From positions 20,855 to 84,854 of the forward strand of contig DATHTO010000149.1 of NCBI GenBank assembly GCA_035463115.1: a stretch of 64,000 nucleotides of DNA, in the 5' to 3' direction. Below the pieces are notes generated by a model. The model was not told where the DNA came from, searched no databases, and was given only the letters and a program-made list of their open reading frames with translations. Positions 26,155-33,986 of this stretch are shown one piece after another. The stretch is from Actinomycetota bacterium (GTDB lineage Bacteria; Actinomycetota; UBA4738; HRBIN12). How positions within the stretch are numbered: position 1 is the first letter of the stretch; each line of letters opens with the position of its first letter. The position numbers and the translations under genes are program-made.

Positions 26155-27327
26155 GTGGCACGGATCGATCTCACGGGCGCCGACGTCATCGACGCGCACA
26201 GTCACCCGTTCCGGACGCAGGACCTGCTCGACCGCGAGCCGCGAACGTTCGAGACGCGGTGCATGTTCCTCGGCACGGCGCTGCTGTCGTCGGGCCACGC
26301 GCACCACGAGGCGGCGGCCTTCGTCGAGGAGCTCACCGAGTCGACGATGTTCGGTCTCGCGCTCCGCAGATGGATGGCGAGGCACCTCGGATGCGAGGCG
26401 ACGAAGGAGGCCGTGGTCGCTGCGCGCGACGCCGCCCTGCGTGCCGATCCGCCCGGGTACTGCCGCGGTCTGCTCGACGCCGAGAACGTCGTGGCGGTCG
26501 TCGCGGACGAGGGGTACCCGCAGCCGACGATCCCTCGCTCGGAGTTCGAGGAGGCCCTCGGTGGCGTGACCGTCCACCGCGTCAGCCGCATCGAGCCGTG
26601 GATCGTCGAGGCGCGCGAGGAGGCGTCGTTCGACGCGATGGTCCAGCGGTTCGACGCGATCGGTCGCGAAGCGGCGTCGGACCCGTTGCTGATCGGGTTC
26701 AAGACGATCATCGCGTACCGGACGGGCCTCGACATCACGGATCCCTCGTCGTCGGACGCGTCGGCGGCGTTCGACCGCTGGCGGAACGACGGCTGGACGG
26801 AGTCACGGGAGCACGCGAAGCCGGTGCGTGACTTCCTGCTCCGGCGGGCGTTCGCGATCTGCAAGGAGCACGACCGCGTCTTCCACGTCCACGTCGGCGC
26901 CGGCGATCCCGACGTGAACCTCACGCACGCGCGACCGCAGGACGCGTTCTCGTTCTTCGTCGAGCACCAGGACGTGCGGATCCTGATGATCCACGCCGGC
27001 TGGCCGTGGGTGGCAGAGGCGTCGTACGTCGGCACGGTGCTGCCGAACGTGTGGATCGACATCTCCGAGCTCGTGCCGTGGGGCTGGGGACAGACCGATT
27101 GGTCGCTCGAGATGCTCCTCGGCTCGGTGCCGGTCGAGAAGGTCATGCACGGATCCGACGAGTCCTCGGAGCCGGAGATGTTCCCGGTGTCGGCGTGGAT
27201 GGTGCGCGAGGCGCTCGAGCGCGTCCTCGGAACGTTCGTGGATCGCGGATACCTCGACACGGGCGCCGCCGAGCGTCTCGGCCGCGGCGTCCTCGCGGAC
27301 AACGTGCGCAAGCTGCACGGCATCTGA
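26155..27327 (+). CDS. Amidohydrolase-2 / TIM-barrel metal-dependent hydrolase family protein
   Basis: GTG start with GAGGGGGAG upstream. VIDAHSHPF (HxH metal motif), VFHVHVG, MIHAGWPW, HGSDES. Confidence 0.75.
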   Translation: MARIDLTGADVIDAHSHPFRTQDLLDREPRTFETRCMFLGTALLSSGHAHHEAAAFVEELTESTMFGLALRRWMARHLGCEATKEAVVAARDAALRADPPGYCRGLLDAENVVAVVADEGYPQPTIPRSEFEEALGGVTVHRVSRIEPWIVEAREEASFDAMVQRFDAIGREAASDPLLIGFKTIIAYRTGLDITDPSSSDASAAFDRWRNDGWTESREHAKPVRDFLLRRAFAICKEHDRVFHVHVGAGDPDVNLTHARPQDAFSFFVEHQDVRILMIHAGWPWVAEASYVGTVLPNVWIDISELVPWGWGQTDWSLEMLLGSVPVEKVMHGSDESSEPEMFPVSAWMVREALERVLGTFVDRGYLDTGAAERLGRGVLADNVRKLHGI

Positions 27328-27367
27328 CGCGAGCGCGCGCTGCCGCGCCGACAGCTCCGAGCTCCGC

Positions 27368-27826
27368 CTAGCGATCGTCGAGGCCGAGCGCGGCCTCGAT
27401 CTCGTCGAGGTGCTCGCCGCGATGCGACGCGCGGACGGCGTAGATGGGGCTCTCGGGATCGAACGGGTGCATCCGCTCCCGCGGGAGCGCCGCCACCGCC
27501 GCGTCGGTGTTCTCGGCGATCTGGAGAGCGAGATGGACCGATGCCTCCGGCGCGATCGCGTGGATCAGCGGCCGTGACGCGTCGTTGATCCAGTCGACGT
27601 CCTCGGGTTCGGTGTCGGTCGGCGAGAACGGCACGCCGCGCTCGAGCTTGCCGATCAGCGACAGCACGCGGGCGTCCCAGAACGCGATGTGGCCGAGGAC
27701 GCCGGCGACGTTCCAGTACTCGTTGACGGACGCGCGGAGCTGCTCCTCTTCGAGGCGCTCGATCAGTCGCCGCATGCGATCGCGCTCGCGGTCGTTCTCG
27801 GCGACGTGATCCACGGTGTCGGCCAC
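27368..27826 (-). CDS. DinB-like / four-helix-bundle family protein
   Basis: WNVAGVLGHIAFWD...ASHRGEHLDEI (His triad pattern of the DinB/YfiT-type fold). GTG start. Confidence 0.55.
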   Translation of the reverse strand: MADTVDHVAENDRERDRMRRLIERLEEEQLRASVNEYWNVAGVLGHIAFWDARVLSLIGKLERGVPFSPTDTEPEDVDWINDASRPLIHAIAPEASVHLALQIAENTDAAVAALPRERMHPFDPESPIYAVRASHRGEHLDEIEAALGLDDR

Positions 27827-27849
27827 GAGCCGATGCTACTCCGGACAGC

Positions 27850-28013
27850 TCGGCCCGGACGACCGTCGTTCGCGACCAGCGCCCAGCGTGCGTATCCCGT
27901 GCCGAGCGCCTGGATCGCCGAGGCGACGGCGGCGCCGAGGAAGATCCATCCGATCGGGTTCGCCGGTCGCTGCAGGCGATGACCAGGCCGACCGTACCGA
28001 CGACGAGGGCCAT
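27850..28013 (-). pseudogene. Possible frameshifted remnant of a sensor-kinase N-terminal membrane region
   Basis: One minus frame reads MALVVGTVGLVIA. An adjacent frame reads RPANPIGWIFLGAAVASAIQALGTGYARWALV, and NPIGW...YA is typical of actinobacterial histidine-kinase N-termini. No intact ORF and no downstream kinase domain. Confidence 0.25.
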
Positions 28014-28082
28014 CGAAGCGCCGAGCCCGGTGGCCGAAGTCGGGGGGGATCGGGTGAACCGATGGCTGCGGTCGTACCGGGG

Positions 28083-28670
28083 TCAGTACGTCGTCATGCG
28101 AGCGACGACGGTGTCGGTGCGTTCCGGGTCGTTCTTCGACGTGATCGTCACCGGGCAGCGGTAGCTGACGCCTTCGGCGGTCGTCGGGGCGATGATGTTG
28201 AGCGTGAGGTACACCCTCTTGTTCCGCTCGAGCGACGACGGGAACGTGAACGCCGCGGTGCCGTCCTTGAACGCGTCGGTGATCTTCGTATCGGCCGTGC
28301 CGAGCCCCTTGATCCTGCCGAGATGCACGTTGTTGACGTTGAAGCGCTTGTTGCCGCGGCAACCCTTCACGAAGAACGTGTCGCGCTCGGTTCCGTCGTT
28401 CTGCAGCGCGAGCCAGAACCGGACCCCTTCGCCGTCCTCCATGCGCACCGAGACGCGCTGACGCCGTCCGGTGTCGTTGTAGACGTCCTTCCCGCGCCAG
28501 GGGTGGGGCAGCGGGTCGATCGTGCATCCCATCGAGAGCCCGCACAGCTTGATCCACTGATCGGGGCGATACGGGAGGGGTTCCGCCCGCGCGACGGCCG
28601 GCGGCACCACCGCGACCAGCGTCGCGAACAGGGACAACGACGCCACGAGGGATCCGAGGGCTCGCTTCAT
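28083..28670 (-). CDS. Secreted hypothetical protein; compositionally atypical (Lys/Asn/Thr/Phe-rich, locally lower GC)
   Basis: Signal peptide MKRALGSLVASLSLFATLVAVVPPAVARA. The mature part contains 4 Cys. Lines 28190-28400 are visibly less GC-rich than their surroundings. I recognise no family. Confidence 0.7.
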   Translation of the reverse strand: MKRALGSLVASLSLFATLVAVVPPAVARAEPLPYRPDQWIKLCGLSMGCTIDPLPHPWRGKDVYNDTGRRQRVSVRMEDGEGVRFWLALQNDGTERDTFFVKGCRGNKRFNVNNVHLGRIKGLGTADTKITDAFKDGTAAFTFPSSLERNKRVYLTLNIIAPTTAEGVSYRCPVTITSKNDPERTDTVVARMTTY

Positions 28671-28765
28671 GTCGTCGACGATACCGCCGGAGACGTCACG
28701 GACGGCGGAGGTTGGGCGGTCGAGCCATCGGGCAAGACCGCCGACATGGCGCGGCGGAGGAACCG

Positions 28766-29407
28766 ATGATCACGAAGGGGCTGCTCGTGCGGCTCGACGT
28801 CCGGCGGGAGATGGAGGACGAGGCCGAAGGCGTGCTGCGATCGCTCGTTCCGATGGTCGCGGACGAACCGGCCACGATCGCCTGGTTCGCCGTGCGGTTC
28901 GGGCGGGGGGACCACGGGATCTTCGCCGTGTTCCCCGACGACGCCGGTCGGGACGCGCACCTGCAGGGACGCGTCACGCAGGAGCTGACGGGTCCGGGCG
29001 GCGACCCGTTCGAGACGACGCCGGTGATGCGTGGCTTCGACGTCCTCGCGAGCAAGCTCCCGGACGGCCCAGCGTCGGCGGGGTCGATCGAGAAGGGCCT
29101 CCTCCTGACGATCGACGCGAAGGCGGGAAAGGAGGCCGAGGCCGCCGACGTCCTGCGCGGCGCCCGGGCGGTCGTCGACGGCGAGCCGGACACCGTCACG
29201 TGGTTCGCGATCCGCTTCGACGACGGCCGGTTCGGGATCTTCGACACGTTCCCGAACGGCGCCGCACGGTTCGCGCACCTCACCGGCGGGGTCCCGCGCG
29301 AGCTCGTGAAGCGCGGGCCGGACCTGCTCGCAGCGTTCCCCGACATGCAGATCCTCGACGTGACGGCGACGTCGTTCGCGGCGCCGGGATCGATCCGCAC
29401 CGGCTGA
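28766..29407 (+). CDS. Tandem ABM/Dabb-like (ferredoxin-fold monooxygenase-like) domain protein
   Basis: ATG at 28766 with GGCGGAGGAA upstream. Two homologous halves: MITKGLLVRLDVRRE...EPATIAWFAVRFGRGDHGIFAVFPDDAGRDAHLQG and IEKGLLLTIDAKAG...EPDTVTWFAIRFDDGRFGIFDTFPNGAARFAHLTG. Confidence 0.65.
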   Translation: MITKGLLVRLDVRREMEDEAEGVLRSLVPMVADEPATIAWFAVRFGRGDHGIFAVFPDDAGRDAHLQGRVTQELTGPGGDPFETTPVMRGFDVLASKLPDGPASAGSIEKGLLLTIDAKAGKEAEAADVLRGARAVVDGEPDTVTWFAIRFDDGRFGIFDTFPNGAARFAHLTGGVPRELVKRGPDLLAAFPDMQILDVTATSFAAPGSIRTG

Positions 29408-29427
29408 GACGGCGGGGCGGTCCCGAC

Positions 29428-30252
29428 ATGCCCGAGGGTCATCTGGTGCATCGGCACGCGAGCGAGCTGGTGGCGCGGTTCGAGGGGACGTCGATCGAGG
29501 CGTCGTCGCCGCAGGGACGGTTCGCCGACGGTGCGGCCGCGATCGACGGGTTCGCGATGTCGGGCGCCGAGGCGTACGGCAAGCACCTCTTCGTGCGGTT
29601 CGGCGGCGACGATGGCTCGCCGCCGGTGCTCCACGTCCATCTGGGCCGGTCCGGCCTCTGGTTGTGGGGGAAGCCCGGCACGGTTCCGCGGGGGTCGGTC
29701 CGGTTGCGGCTCGCGACGCCGAGCGACACGGCGGACCTGATCGCGCCGCTGGTGTGCGAGCTCGGCGACCTGGTGCTCCGCGATGACGTGGTCGATCGGC
29801 TCGGTCCCGACCCGCTCCGTGCCGACGCCGATCCGGCCGCGGCGCGGGATGCGATCCGCCGGAGCGCGCAGCCGATCGGCGCGCTCCTGCTCGATCAGTC
29901 CGTGATCGCGGGTCTCGGGAACGTGCTGCGCGCCGAGATCCTCAACCTCGTCGGGATCCATCCGTCGACGCCGGGCTCCGAGCTCGACGACGCCGACGTC
30001 GACGACATCTGGTCGTGCGCGGTCGACGTGATGCGGATCGCCGAACGCGAGGGACGGATCATCACCCGACGGCCGGACGGGGTCGACCCGGCCGAGCTCG
30101 ACGAGATCGACGGTCGCTTCGTGTACGGGCGTGAACGATGCGGACGATGCGGAACCCCGCTCGAGCACCTGACGATCGGCGGCCGCGCGATCGCCGCCTG
30201 TCCGCGGTGCCAACCGCTCGCACGGCCCGAACGCGCGGGGCGAGGACCGTGA
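29428..30252 (+). CDS. nei: Fpg/Nei family DNA glycosylase (endonuclease VIII-like)
   Basis: N-terminal MPEGH (catalytic Pro2/Glu3), H2TH LLDQSVIAGLGNVLRAEIL, C-terminal zinc finger CGRCGTPL...CPRCQ. Confidence 0.85.
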   Translation: MPEGHLVHRHASELVARFEGTSIEASSPQGRFADGAAAIDGFAMSGAEAYGKHLFVRFGGDDGSPPVLHVHLGRSGLWLWGKPGTVPRGSVRLRLATPSDTADLIAPLVCELGDLVLRDDVVDRLGPDPLRADADPAAARDAIRRSAQPIGALLLDQSVIAGLGNVLRAEILNLVGIHPSTPGSELDDADVDDIWSCAVDVMRIAEREGRIITRRPDGVDPAELDEIDGRFVYGRERCGRCGTPLEHLTIGGRAIAACPRCQPLARPERAGRGP

Positions 30253-30306
30253 CGACGCCGACGGGGCCGTGCCGGCCGGCGGGATGCGCCTCGACCGGAT
30301 GGTTCG

Positions 30307-30546
30307 TCAGCCGGACAGCCGCTGACGCAGCAGCTCCTTGCCCTGTTCGGCGCCCTTGCGGCTCTCGTGTTGTGCCCGGCGGAAGAACTCCGCCAGCTCG
30401 CTGTCGCCCTCGCGTTGGGCGTCCTCGATGTACGTCTCGAGCCGGAGCACGTTGCTGAGGCAGGCCTCGACGAACCAGATGACGTTGTAATCCTTGTCCG
30501 CCGTGCCGGTGACCGACCCGGTCTCGCCGGTGTCCATCGCGCTCAT
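30307..30546 (-). CDS. Small helical conserved hypothetical protein (79 aa)
   Basis: ATG at 30546 preceded by GAAGGAGG. ...DKDYNVIWFVEACLSNVLRLETYIEDAQREGDSELAEFFRRAQHESRKGAEQGKELLRQRL reads as a helix-hairpin resembling small ferritin-like-fold stress proteins (from memory, unverified). Confidence 0.55.
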   Translation of the reverse strand: MSAMDTGETGSVTGTADKDYNVIWFVEACLSNVLRLETYIEDAQREGDSELAEFFRRAQHESRKGAEQGKELLRQRLSG

Positions 30547-30713
30547 GGCGCCTCCTTCCCACGTGGTCTGCGTGCCTACCCGCGCCACCGTCGCGGAAAC
30601 CTGCCGACGCTCCGGCGGCGGTGATCCACGGCGGCGAGCGCCCGCCTTCGGCCGATCGGTCCGACCGACGTGGGGAGACCTAGACTGCCGGACCGGCGAC
30701 GGAGGGAGCGGCG

Positions 30714-31727
30714 ATGACGAAGGGCATCCTCGAACGACTGGCCGACGGGCCGGTGCTCGGTGACGGCGGCTACCTGCTCGAGCTCGAGAAGCGCGGCTAC
30801 GTCCAGGCCGGGCCGTTCACGCCCGAGGTGGTGATCGAACATCCGGAGGCGCTCCGGCAGCTCCATCGCGAGTTCCTCCGCGCGGGCGCCGAGGTGCTGC
30901 AGACGATGACCTTCTACGCGAGCGGAGACAAGCTCGCGACCGTCGGCCTCGAGGGGAAGGTCGACGAGATCAACCGGACGGCCGTCGCGATCGCCCGTGA
31001 GGTCGCCGCCGAAGCCGATGCGCTCGTCGCGGGGAACCTGTCGCTCACGTGGGCGTACGACCCCGCCGACCCCGCGAGCGCCGACCACGTGCGCGAGCTG
31101 CTCGATCGGCAGTTCGCCGACCAGCTCGACGCCGGCCCGCCCCACTTCTGGATCGGCGAGACGTTCTCCTACCTCGGCGAAGCCCTGCTCTTCGTCGAGC
31201 GTGCCAAGCGGACGGGCCTGCCGGTGATGGTGACGATGTCGTTCGAGAAGCGCCCGTACGCGTCGTACGAGGGAGACGATCCGGCGACGTGCGCCGCACG
31301 GCTCGCCGAGGCCGGCGCCGACGTCGTCGGCGTGAACTGTCTGAACGGTCCCGCGCAGCAGCTGCCGATCGCGATCGAGATGGTGCGCGGCGTCGGCGGC
31401 GCGGTGCCGGTGGCGGCCCAGCCCGTCGCGTACGCGACGACCGACGACGAGCCCGACTTCACGTCGACGGACCACTTCCCGTACGGGCTCACGGCGGTGA
31501 CGTTGCCGCGCGGCGACATGGCGGGGTTCGCGGGACGGGCGCGTGAGGCGGGCGTCCGGTACATCGGATCGTGCTGCGGGTCGGTCGCCGAGCACGTCCG
31601 CGCGATGGCGAAGGTCTTGGGCAAGCTTCCGAGCGAGGAGCGATCGTGGCGGTCGCCGACCGGCAAGGCGATGTCGGCCTACGAGTACTACGACCACACC
31701 GAACGCGAAGCCGGCGTCGACGACTGA
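30714..31727 (+). CDS. Homocysteine S-methyltransferase family protein (BHMT-like)
   Basis: GGAGGGAG RBS. GDGGYLLELEKRGY, VVGVNCLNGP, and YIGSCCGS (zinc-binding Cys pair). Confidence 0.8.
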   Translation: MTKGILERLADGPVLGDGGYLLELEKRGYVQAGPFTPEVVIEHPEALRQLHREFLRAGAEVLQTMTFYASGDKLATVGLEGKVDEINRTAVAIAREVAAEADALVAGNLSLTWAYDPADPASADHVRELLDRQFADQLDAGPPHFWIGETFSYLGEALLFVERAKRTGLPVMVTMSFEKRPYASYEGDDPATCAARLAEAGADVVGVNCLNGPAQQLPIAIEMVRGVGGAVPVAAQPVAYATTDDEPDFTSTDHFPYGLTAVTLPRGDMAGFAGRAREAGVRYIGSCCGSVAEHVRAMAKVLGKLPSEERSWRSPTGKAMSAYEYYDHTEREAGVDD

Positions 31728-31775
31728 CGACGAGCGCCGTCGTCCTCCGCAGGTCGCGGCGTGGAACGCGGTGAC

Positions 31776-31807
31776 GGTGGCGCGGGGCCTCCAGCGCCCG
31801 CGCCACC
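31776..31807. terminator. GC-rich hairpin between convergent genes (candidate bidirectional intrinsic terminator)
   Basis: GGTGGCGCGGG (31776-31786), a 10-nt loop, then CCCGCGCCACC (31797-31807), giving a perfect 11-bp stem. It sits in the 93-bp gap between the 3' ends of 30714-31727(+) and 31821-32204(-). There is no U-tract, which is common in high-GC genomes. Confidence 0.45.
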
Positions 31808-31820
31808 GCGCCCTGGGTCG

Positions 31821-32204
31821 TCACTCGACCGTGAGGGTGGTCTCCATCCCTTGCGCCCGATGGAACTCGCAGAACAGGGTGTAGCTGCCGGGGGCGAGGT
31901 CGACCGTCGCGGTCGCCGTCTGCCCCGCTCCGACCTGGACGTCGACGTCTTCGCCCTCGATCGTGAACGTGTGGGGCGCTTGCCCTTCGTTCACGAGCTC
32001 GACGTCGCCCGCCGCGATCACGGGGTCGGCGGGCTCGTAGGCGTTGTCGACGAGCGTGACGGTCCTCGACGCCGAGGCGTCGGTGTCGGCTCCGGCGGCG
32101 TCGCCGGCCGCGTCCTCTCCGCCACCGCCACACGCGGCGAGCAGTAGGGCTGCCGCCAGCGCGAGCGCGACGGAACGGCTGGCGGTGGTGAGCGTCCTTG
32201 CCAT
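31821..32204 (-). CDS. Cupredoxin-fold lipoprotein (single domain)
   Basis: ATG at 32204 preceded by GAAGGAGG. Lipobox LLLAAC. Copper-ligand-like pattern PHTF...FCEFHRAQGM. Confidence 0.8.
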   Translation of the reverse strand: MARTLTTASRSVALALAAALLLAACGGGGEDAAGDAAGADTDASASRTVTLVDNAYEPADPVIAAGDVELVNEGQAPHTFTIEGEDVDVQVGAGQTATATVDLAPGSYTLFCEFHRAQGMETTLTVE

Positions 32205-32218
32205 CTGGCCTCCTTCGG

Positions 32219-33022
32219 TCAGGCCACGTGCACGGTGCCGCGCATCGTGGGATGGATCGCGCAGGCGTAGCGGTAGGTCCCGGGCCGGTCGAAGCGGAAC
32301 GAGAACGACCCTTCGGGATCGAGCGTTCCGGAGTCGAACGCCCCGCCCTCGTCCGTGACGGTGTGCGGAGCGGGGTCGACGTTCGTCCACGTCACGTCGG
32401 TGCCGCTCGCGACGTGGACCTCGTCAGGAGCGAACGCGAAGTCCGCGATCTCGACCGCGTCGGGTGCCGCCGGGCTGGTGTCCTCGAACACGAGTGGCGC
32501 GTCCGGCGTGACGACCAGGGTCGTGCGCATCCCGCGATCGTCGTGCTCCGCGACGAAGCACTCGATCTCGTAGGTCCCCGGCGGAAGATCCGCGCGGATC
32601 CGAACGACGTTGCCGGGCCCGAACTCGGGTCCTTCGAGCTTCAGCTCGCCGTTGCCCGGCCCGCTGTGGTCGCCGTCGTCGTCCTCGCCCTCGATCTCGA
32701 AGCCATGGATCAACGCGCCGCCGTTGCGGATCACGAACGTGACCGGGCCGGGCCGGATCTCGTCGGCTTCGAGCGTGATCGCGAACTCACCGAAGCCGAT
32801 CTCGAGGCCGCCCTCGCGCGGGTCCATGCGACGCGTCGACCCCGTCTGCCCATCGGCAGTCGACGAGGGGTCTCGGTCGCCGGCCGTCCGTGTCGACGCC
32901 GCCTCGGAGGCGCGCCGATCGGGCACGACCGCGGCGTCGTCCTCCGCGAGCGAACACGCGGTCGGGACGGTGGCGACGAGGGCCGCCGCCACCGTCCGTC
33001 GAGCCGTACGGGCCAGCGACAT
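32219..33022 (-). CDS. Two-domain cupredoxin (plastocyanin/amicyanin-like) envelope protein
   Basis: Signal peptide with Cys (VPTAC). Domain 1: ...LIHGFEIEG...YEIECFVAEHDDRGM. Domain 2: DVTWTNVDPAPHTVT...YRYACAIHPTMRGTVHV (type-1 Cu H/C/H/M pattern). Confidence 0.85.
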   Translation of the reverse strand: MSLARTARRTVAAALVATVPTACSLAEDDAAVVPDRRASEAASTRTAGDRDPSSTADGQTGSTRRMDPREGGLEIGFGEFAITLEADEIRPGPVTFVIRNGGALIHGFEIEGEDDDGDHSGPGNGELKLEGPEFGPGNVVRIRADLPPGTYEIECFVAEHDDRGMRTTLVVTPDAPLVFEDTSPAAPDAVEIADFAFAPDEVHVASGTDVTWTNVDPAPHTVTDEGGAFDSGTLDPEGSFSFRFDRPGTYRYACAIHPTMRGTVHVA

Positions 33023-33486
33023 CAGCGGTCGTCCGATCCCGATCCGCGGTGGCCGGAGTCGTCGCTCCCGTGGCCGCTGTCGTCGTCGCCGTGGTCGTCG
33101 TCGCCGTGGTGATCGTCGTCGTCGTCACGATGATCGTCGTCGTCGTGGGACCCCGGGCCGCTGTTGCCGCTCGGTCCAGGGTTCCCGTCGTCGTCGCGGT
33201 CGTCGGCGCCGACGTCCCCGTGGCCCTGGTCGGGCGTTCCGTCGTCGTCCGGCGAGGCGCTCGCCGGTACCGACGGCCCGTCGCTCGGCGAGACGTCGTC
33301 GTCGACGCTCGGCGACGGCGTCATCGTCGCGCTCGGCGTCTCGGTCGCCGACCGCTCGACGACGTCGCTGCTCGATGCGAGCGACGGACCGGGATCGTCG
33401 GCGCCGCCGGCGAGCGCGACCGTTCCGCCGGCAACGAACGCGGCCAGTGCGAGCGCCGCGAGTGCTGCGATCGCTCTCTTCGACAT
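33022..33486 (-). CDS. Secreted Asp/His-rich low-complexity protein
   Basis: ATG at 33486 preceded by GAAGGAGGAG. Signal/anchor MSKRAIAALAALALAAFVAGG. C-terminus ...HDDDDHRDDDDDHHGDDDHGDDDSGHGSDDSGHRGSGSDDR. The stop overlaps the next start by 1 nt. Confidence 0.7.
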   Translation of the reverse strand: MSKRAIAALAALALAAFVAGGTVALAGGADDPGPSLASSSDVVERSATETPSATMTPSPSVDDDVSPSDGPSVPASASPDDDGTPDQGHGDVGADDRDDDGNPGPSGNSGPGSHDDDDHRDDDDDHHGDDDHGDDDSGHGSDDSGHRGSGSDDR

Positions 33487-33590
33487 CGTGCTCCTCCTTC
33501 TCGTGTGGTTCGTTGTCCCTTCGATCCACACGCTAGGGAGGAGCGGGTGAGCGACCGGTCACACGACGGTTAAGACGCGGATAAACCTGG

Positions 33591-33950
33591 TCAGTCGTCG
33601 TCGTCGGCGTGATCGTCGTCGGAACCGGAGCCGTGCCCGCTCGAGTCGTCCGAACCGGAGCCGTGCCCGCTCGAGTCGTCGTCGGATCCACCGTCGTCAT
33701 CGGATCCGCCGCCGTCGGATCCACCATGATCGTCCGACGCGTCCGCCGATGGCGACGCCGAACGAGACCCCGACGGCGTCGGGTCGTCGTTCCGATCCGA
33801 CGGGGACGGGCGATCGGACACGGTGAGGTCCGTCGACGGCGTTCCGCCATCCAGATCGTCGCCGGCGAGGGCGAGGGCGCCGAGCGTCAACGCCAGCGCG
33901 ACCACCAGGCCGCCGACGCCGAGCACCACCATGCCGATGATGCGCCTCAT
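33591..33950 (-). CDS. Secreted/membrane-anchored Asp/His/Ser/Gly-rich low-complexity protein (paralogous in style to 33022-33486)
   Basis: MRRIIGMVVLGVGGLVVALALTLGALALAG, then ...DDHGGSDGGGSDDDGGSDDDSSGHGSGSDDSSGHGSGSDDDHADDDD. Confidence 0.65.
   Translation of the reverse strand: MRRIIGMVVLGVGGLVVALALTLGALALAGDDLDGGTPSTDLTVSDRPSPSDRNDDPTPSGSRSASPSADASDDHGGSDGGGSDDDGGSDDDSSGHGSGSDDSSGHGSGSDDDHADDDD
33621..33680. repeat. Tandem 30-bp direct repeat (2 copies, 29/30 identical) inside the Asp/His-rich gene
   Basis: ggaaccggagccgtgcccgctcgagtcgtc (33621-33650) and cgaaccggagccgtgcccgctcgagtcgtc (33651-33680). Together they encode DDSSGHGSGS twice. Confidence 0.95.
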
Positions 33951-33986
33951 GTCGACGACGGTACCGTCGGTCGCGTTAAAGGGAAG

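Noticed and set aside
30547-30713. A possible SAM, SAH or cobalamin riboswitch upstream of the homocysteine methyltransferase gene.
   Set aside because: I could not recognise any of the conserved cores of those riboswitch classes. The 167-nt region is also shared with a divergent promoter. A cmscan run would be needed to be sure.
33022-33950. The Asp/His-rich ORFs as non-coding GTC/GAC simple-sequence DNA.
   Set aside because: Both begin with convincing signal/anchor peptides. One has a strong GAAGGAGGAG RBS. They sit in frame-consistent operon positions between the kinase and cupredoxin genes, and their N-terminal halves are not repetitive. I therefore kept them as CDS, with moderate confidence.
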